From the NCBI GenBank assembly GCA_963693055.1, contig OY843751.1, forward strand, positions 5,664,001-5,728,000: a DNA stretch of 64,000 bases, given 5' to 3'. This DNA comes from a bacterium (lineage in GTDB: Bacteria > Zhuqueibacterota > Zhuqueibacteria > Residuimicrobiales > Krinioviventaceae). The notes below the pieces were generated by a model that had not been told where the DNA came from, made no database searches, and worked only from the letters and a program-made list of their open reading frames with translations. Position numbers and translations under genes: made by a program. Each line of letters opens with the position of its first letter. The stretch's first letter is position 1. This document shows, in pieces, positions 59,843-64,000 of this stretch.

Positions 59843-59993
59843 GTCAAACTCCGGTTATTTACAGCGTGAATTCAAATTTACATCAGACGAGTAAAAGAAT
59901 ATATAAAAGGCTTTTAAAAAATCAAAGATTTTCTCAAATCTTTTCCCCAGTCAACAGCTTAAAAAAAGCGAATAGCCAATAAATCTGTCATTT

Positions 59994-60095
59994 TTATTTT
60001 CGACGAACAACTCGTGTTACCCAAACACCAGGGGTTACCTCGTTACGAACCACTGCCATATGCAACTGTCAATTCGAACACAAACAAGCGGTACA
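59994..60095 (-). pseudogene. Diverged remnant duplicate of the methyltransferase 3' end
   Basis: Translates as VPLVCVRIDSCIWQ/VRNEVTPGVWVTRVVRRK* with a 1-nt deletion. The intact gene ends VPVVEERLGSRIWQVIRNEVTLGVWVTRLQRIGKE*. Confidence 0.75.
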
Positions 60096-60105
60096 TATCA
60101 TGCAT

Positions 60106-60540
60106 TTAGCAAATGTTTCTTTCCCAATGCATAACAATTTCAACATGTCCAGTATTTTCATCAATTTGTTCTTTAACTTTGCAAAACCCCATTTTTTTAT
60201 AAAATCTTTCAGCCCTCTGATTCTCCTTATAAACCGATAGAGTCAACGAATCTCTCAACTCTTTAGCTTTATTAATCAATTCTTTGCCTACCCCTGTATT
60301 TTGGCACAATGGGCTCACAAATAGCGCTTCCAAAGAATTTTCGTTTAAAGACACAAATCCTTTAATCCCTGATGAATCTTTATATACATACGTTTCTGAC
60401 ATTGGTATGTAGATATTACGCATATCGTCAATTTTTGAGGCCCAATACCTATTATCAATAAAGTCATGCGCATTAATTGATGCCTCGTACCATATATCAA
60501 TAATCGCTTGCAAATCCTCTTTTTTGTAACCCTGTATCAT
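60106..60540 (-). CDS. GNAT N-acetyltransferase (YjaB/YiaC-like)
   Basis: AHDFI, LFVSPLCQNTGVGKEL and NQRAERFYKKMGF. Confidence 0.9.
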   Translation of the reverse strand: MIQGYKKEDLQAIIDIWYEASINAHDFIDNRYWASKIDDMRNIYIPMSETYVYKDSSGIKGFVSLNENSLEALFVSPLCQNTGVGKELINKAKELRDSLTLSVYKENQRAERFYKKMGFCKVKEQIDENTGHVEIVMHWERNIC

Positions 60541-60565
60541 TAAAAGCCTGTTATTAAATATGATT

Positions 60566-61441
60566 CTATTCTTTGCCTATCCTTTGAAGCCGTGTCACCC
60601 AAACACCCAAAGTGACCTCGTTACGAATCACCTGCCATATGCGACTGCCAAGCCGTTCTTCTACAACCGGTACAGAGGGAGCATAAATAAACTCACCGCC
60701 CGGCATGAGCGACTCGAGAATCTCCCGGTATCGTAAAAAATACGCGGAAACCCGCTCCGGTTCATTCCGCAGACAATAGACGAGATGGTTGCTGAATCCC
60801 ATGTTAGAGATAACCGTTCCCCATTGCTTTTGCTTTAGATCAAAATCGAACCAGTTGGATTCAATCAAATACGCTTCCGGATTATTAATAAGGCGGTCAA
60901 TGCCAATCGCGTCAATTCCGCCCTCTACCAATTCACGGACGAGATTTCCCTCCGGACCGCAGCCAATATCCAAAACAGGGCCTTGTAGTTTTTCCACATC
61001 AATATTCAACACCCGCAGTTGAAATTCCGCGGAATAGGATTTATTCAGCACTGCTCCAACCTGCGGCTGCTGCTTTAAAGCCTGAATAAAAGCATCCGGA
61101 TAAAAACGCGCCAGCCAGTCCGCAAGACGGTAATGATGGTCCCTCATAACTGCATCAAAATTGTGCGTATCCATATCGTCCCAGGTAGTATGATATATTT
61201 TTTTCAATTCGCCCATATCCTCTTCAGGAATGTCGATATACTGGTTAATCTGATAGATGGCCTGGATGGACTGACGCGCAGTCTGCTCTATCAGATTATC
61301 AATATCAACAGAGTCTTGATTTTTTAGATCCAGGACCCTGGTTCTGAACGTATCGGTAACAGACAAAACCTGGTCCAGATGATCGAAAAACAGATTGAGA
61401 TGCTGGTTCGCGGTAATTTGGGATTCAATAGCGTGGATCAT
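60566..61441 (-). CDS. Class I SAM-dependent methyltransferase
   Basis: VLDIGCG and SLMPGGEF; ATG 61441 follows a GGAGGA RBS. Confidence 0.8.
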   Translation of the reverse strand: MIHAIESQITANQHLNLFFDHLDQVLSVTDTFRTRVLDLKNQDSVDIDNLIEQTARQSIQAIYQINQYIDIPEEDMGELKKIYHTTWDDMDTHNFDAVMRDHHYRLADWLARFYPDAFIQALKQQPQVGAVLNKSYSAEFQLRVLNIDVEKLQGPVLDIGCGPEGNLVRELVEGGIDAIGIDRLINNPEAYLIESNWFDFDLKQKQWGTVISNMGFSNHLVYCLRNEPERVSAYFLRYREILESLMPGGEFIYAPSVPVVEERLGSRIWQVIRNEVTLGVWVTRLQRIGKE

Positions 61442-61519
61442 ATTTTCACTTCCTCCCCGTTTCCAGAGTATCCGTTTGTGGAATAAAAACATTCTAGGAT
61501 CGGGCATATATTCCGCAGT

Positions 61520-62368
61520 TTAAAATTTTTGCCGTTTAACAATAAAGTCCCCGGTTTTGGCACCCAGTTTGGATGCGATTCCGTCACACTTGGCTACAAG
61601 TATAAAATAAATATTGGCGTGCACATCCATCAGTGCTTCCAGATTGCCCTGTCCCTTGGATATCACCACATCCGCAGACATGACCGCATCCCTAAACGCC
61701 TGTGAAGCAGTCTCCCACACAGCACCAGGCGAGTTGTCGCCAGTGGTTATGATTCTCGCGTATTCCGGGATTCCTGCAAATTCAGCATCCTCAATCAAGG
61801 CATCATTAATAGCAGGCCCGCCGCGTACCACAAACGTCACATTGGGATGATCCAGTATTTGCAGAAACAACCGGTCCAGTACAATTTCTCCACAATTATC
61901 ACCAATGTACAACAACGACTTGGCAGTTTCTACCTGTTTTTCAAGACGTTTGGAATCATCAATACCCAATTCTGCATCTACCACACGGCTGATGGTTTGC
62001 ATAATGTCCAATTGATTCTGAGGACCAAAATCGATCACATTACCGGCCATTGCCAGTCGTAGGGCCATATCAAAAGGATGGGCTGCCTCGTTTATCATTT
62101 TATCAAACCGGGGCAGCATATCCATCATTTTTTGATTATACTGCTTTTTGATTTCCAGATAAGGATCAGGATTATTCAGCTCTTGCCGGATGATTGCATG
62201 CATTTCGCGCGCCAAAGCCGGTGGAGATTTTTCCAGGTCCGCAGTAGACAAATACCCCAGCAGCCGCTGAGTCGCATCCACATGTTTTTCTTCCGGCAGC
62301 ATGCCGTTACCCAGTAATCGCAAAAAACTGTTAATCATACAGGGAATACAATCCAGAGAGGTCTTCAT
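61520..62368 (-). CDS. ARMT1/DUF89 damage-control phosphatase
   Basis: CIPC, DPY, AGNVIDFG, DNCGEIVLD, INDA, KGQGN and KC. Confidence 0.9.
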   Translation of the reverse strand: MKTSLDCIPCMINSFLRLLGNGMLPEEKHVDATQRLLGYLSTADLEKSPPALAREMHAIIRQELNNPDPYLEIKKQYNQKMMDMLPRFDKMINEAAHPFDMALRLAMAGNVIDFGPQNQLDIMQTISRVVDAELGIDDSKRLEKQVETAKSLLYIGDNCGEIVLDRLFLQILDHPNVTFVVRGGPAINDALIEDAEFAGIPEYARIITTGDNSPGAVWETASQAFRDAVMSADVVISKGQGNLEALMDVHANIYFILVAKCDGIASKLGAKTGDFIVKRQKF

Positions 62369-62411
62369 TTATAATTAATTCTTTCCATTTTTTAATATGT
62401 AAATATTATGC

Positions 62412-62963
62412 TTAAAAGGGCGTCCATTCAACACCTATACTCATCATCCCCCAATCGGGATTTACCATCAATCCATAAGCCTCAACTCCAATCAAATATC
62501 GATTGTAAAAATTAACAGTAGGAGAAAATTTGTATTTGAGCATTATTGAACCCACTCCGGCGGCATGATAAAAAAAGGATTTATTACCCCCTCCATCAAG
62601 GTCATATTTTTCAAATTGACCTGTTCCCGCACCGGTGTAAAATTCAAATTTTTCACCCGCATACCATTGATAAGACAAGAGCATAACAACGGACTTGTTA
62701 CCAAAATACCAGCCATCTGTAATTAAACCACCCCCATACTGTTGTTCAAAAGTATAATTCCCGTCAACGCCATCCCACCACCACCACGAGATATCACACA
62801 GCAGCTTTTGCTCAATTGGCAAGGACACATTCAAATGATAACAGGATCCCAACCCGATATTCTCCACCCCGCTGAAACCGGTTCCAAATCCAATACCTAA
62901 CGAAAAAACATTTACCGTTAATCCAAATACCAGTACTGCCAGAATACGACCAGACTTTTTCAT
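62412..62963 (-). CDS. Small outer-membrane beta-barrel protein
   Basis: Signal peptide, Gly/aromatic amphipathic strands, C-terminal GVEWTPF. Confidence 0.6.
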   Translation of the reverse strand: MKKSGRILAVLVFGLTVNVFSLGIGFGTGFSGVENIGLGSCYHLNVSLPIEQKLLCDISWWWWDGVDGNYTFEQQYGGGLITDGWYFGNKSVVMLLSYQWYAGEKFEFYTGAGTGQFEKYDLDGGGNKSFFYHAAGVGSIMLKYKFSPTVNFYNRYLIGVEAYGLMVNPDWGMMSIGVEWTPF

Positions 62964-63008
62964 AATACACCCCTCTTTTTTTTTATGAATGGATTCTGCT
63001 ACGATATA

Positions 63009-63812
63009 TTAAAACGCTACATACAATCCAGCATCCAACATCAATCGGGTATTGCGTACAAATTTATCATTGTCTGATGAATGGATCCAGTCAAGCCCTA
63101 CTGTTGCCCACAAGCCATTAACCAACTTGCGGTCCACATTTACACGGGTTGCATAGATATAGCTGTCAAATGACTGCTTGTTATCCTCGTCATCATCAAT
63201 AATATATTCACTGCTCAGCGTTGGATAGTACATGAACATCATACGTAATGAATATCTGCGATTAATCATATTATTGGTTTTAATTCCTATACCCACACCA
63301 TTGCCGGTCATGTTGAACACAGCCTGCTTTAAAAGTGCGCTGCCTTCGCCAGCATCAGCAGGTTCAGCATCATATCGCATATTCAAATAGGTAGCTGTTA
63401 AAGCCAAAGATTCCTGAATATACCAGTCTAATGCAATCTCGGTATTGCCGGTTGTACCCTCAACATCACCAAAAGACTTGCCGGATTTAAACTCCATTTC
63501 GGTTTTCGATGCGGCACCAACCGAATCAAACAGCTTGTTGCCAAATTCGGAAAAGCCAATGCCTACACGCGAGTACTTGATATATACCCATGGTTTAAAC
63601 ATATAGGTGGGACTGAAATTCTGTTCGGGATTCACATCCGAACCGCTAAAAGGATTGCCTTCCCATTCTACAAGGGCTTCAGGATTATGATTAAACATGC
63701 CGAATTCATAATCAAGTCCCGCGCGTAACTCTAAATTTTCCAAAATCGGTAATCCCTGCGCAAACGACAGCGAAGAGATAAACACCAGTACAAATACAAA
63801 TTTTGTTTTCAT
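63009..63812 (-). CDS. Outer-membrane beta-barrel protein
   Basis: Signal peptide (SFA-Q), amphipathic strands, C-terminal AGLYVAF beta-signal. Confidence 0.6.
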   Translation of the reverse strand: MKTKFVFVLVFISSLSFAQGLPILENLELRAGLDYEFGMFNHNPEALVEWEGNPFSGSDVNPEQNFSPTYMFKPWVYIKYSRVGIGFSEFGNKLFDSVGAASKTEMEFKSGKSFGDVEGTTGNTEIALDWYIQESLALTATYLNMRYDAEPADAGEGSALLKQAVFNMTGNGVGIGIKTNNMINRRYSLRMMFMYYPTLSSEYIIDDDEDNKQSFDSYIYATRVNVDRKLVNGLWATVGLDWIHSSDNDKFVRNTRLMLDAGLYVAF

Positions 63813-64000
63813 GATACCCCTCATGATTAAGTTATTTTATTCATAATTTAATGATTATCTTGAAAAATAAAACAATCTTTTTTTAGGGGGTATTCGCTGA
63901 ACTATTTATATGATTTCTTGAAAAACATACTTTTCGTTAAAAGGGATACAAAATAATTTAAAAAAATTGAATATATTCCTGATGAAAAGATGATTTTGTA

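Noticed and set aside
60060-60565. Integron cassette (attC) around the GNAT gene
   Set aside because: No RYYYAAC/GTTRRRY core pair or attC-like stem, and no integrase.
59994-60675. DGR template/variable repeat pair
   Set aside because: Mismatches are not adenine-specific, include synonymous changes and an indel, and there is no reverse transcriptase in the window.

Overview
A 64-kb chromosomal window from a diderm bacterium of the FCB superphylum. SprA, a T9SS type-A cargo protein and many glycan enzymes suggest a KSB1/Calditrichota/Ignavibacteria-like lineage (inference). The left part is mostly envelope and housekeeping genes: prmA, M28 peptidase, sprA, lptF/G, cutA, tonB-exbB-exbD, a GH123-like hydrolase, an AEC transporter, a satellite pduS/pduT microcompartment pair and a large PAS kinase. 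The right part mixes metabolic genes (GH78, GH92, sulfatase, SerB-SerA fusion, carbonic anhydrase) with accessory DNA: a Mrr-ImmA/IrrE fusion, darTG, an IS4 element with intact ends and a 9-bp target duplication, and nested REP/MITE-like palindromes. The most interesting signals are: (1) an operon pairing a POTRA-less Omp85-like barrel with a lipoprotein that keeps all protein-kinase-fold catalytic motifs; (2) a TonB-type SxxxH-anchored protein ending in a BlaI-like winged helix; (3) a 173-bp structured repeat in two copies, one split by the IS; (4) a GNAT gene flanked by a diverged duplicate of its neighbour's 3' end; (5) an orphan curlin-like gene with a sigma-54 promoter. I saw no rRNA, tRNA or CRISPR array. 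All calls are by-eye motif recognition; no searches were run.
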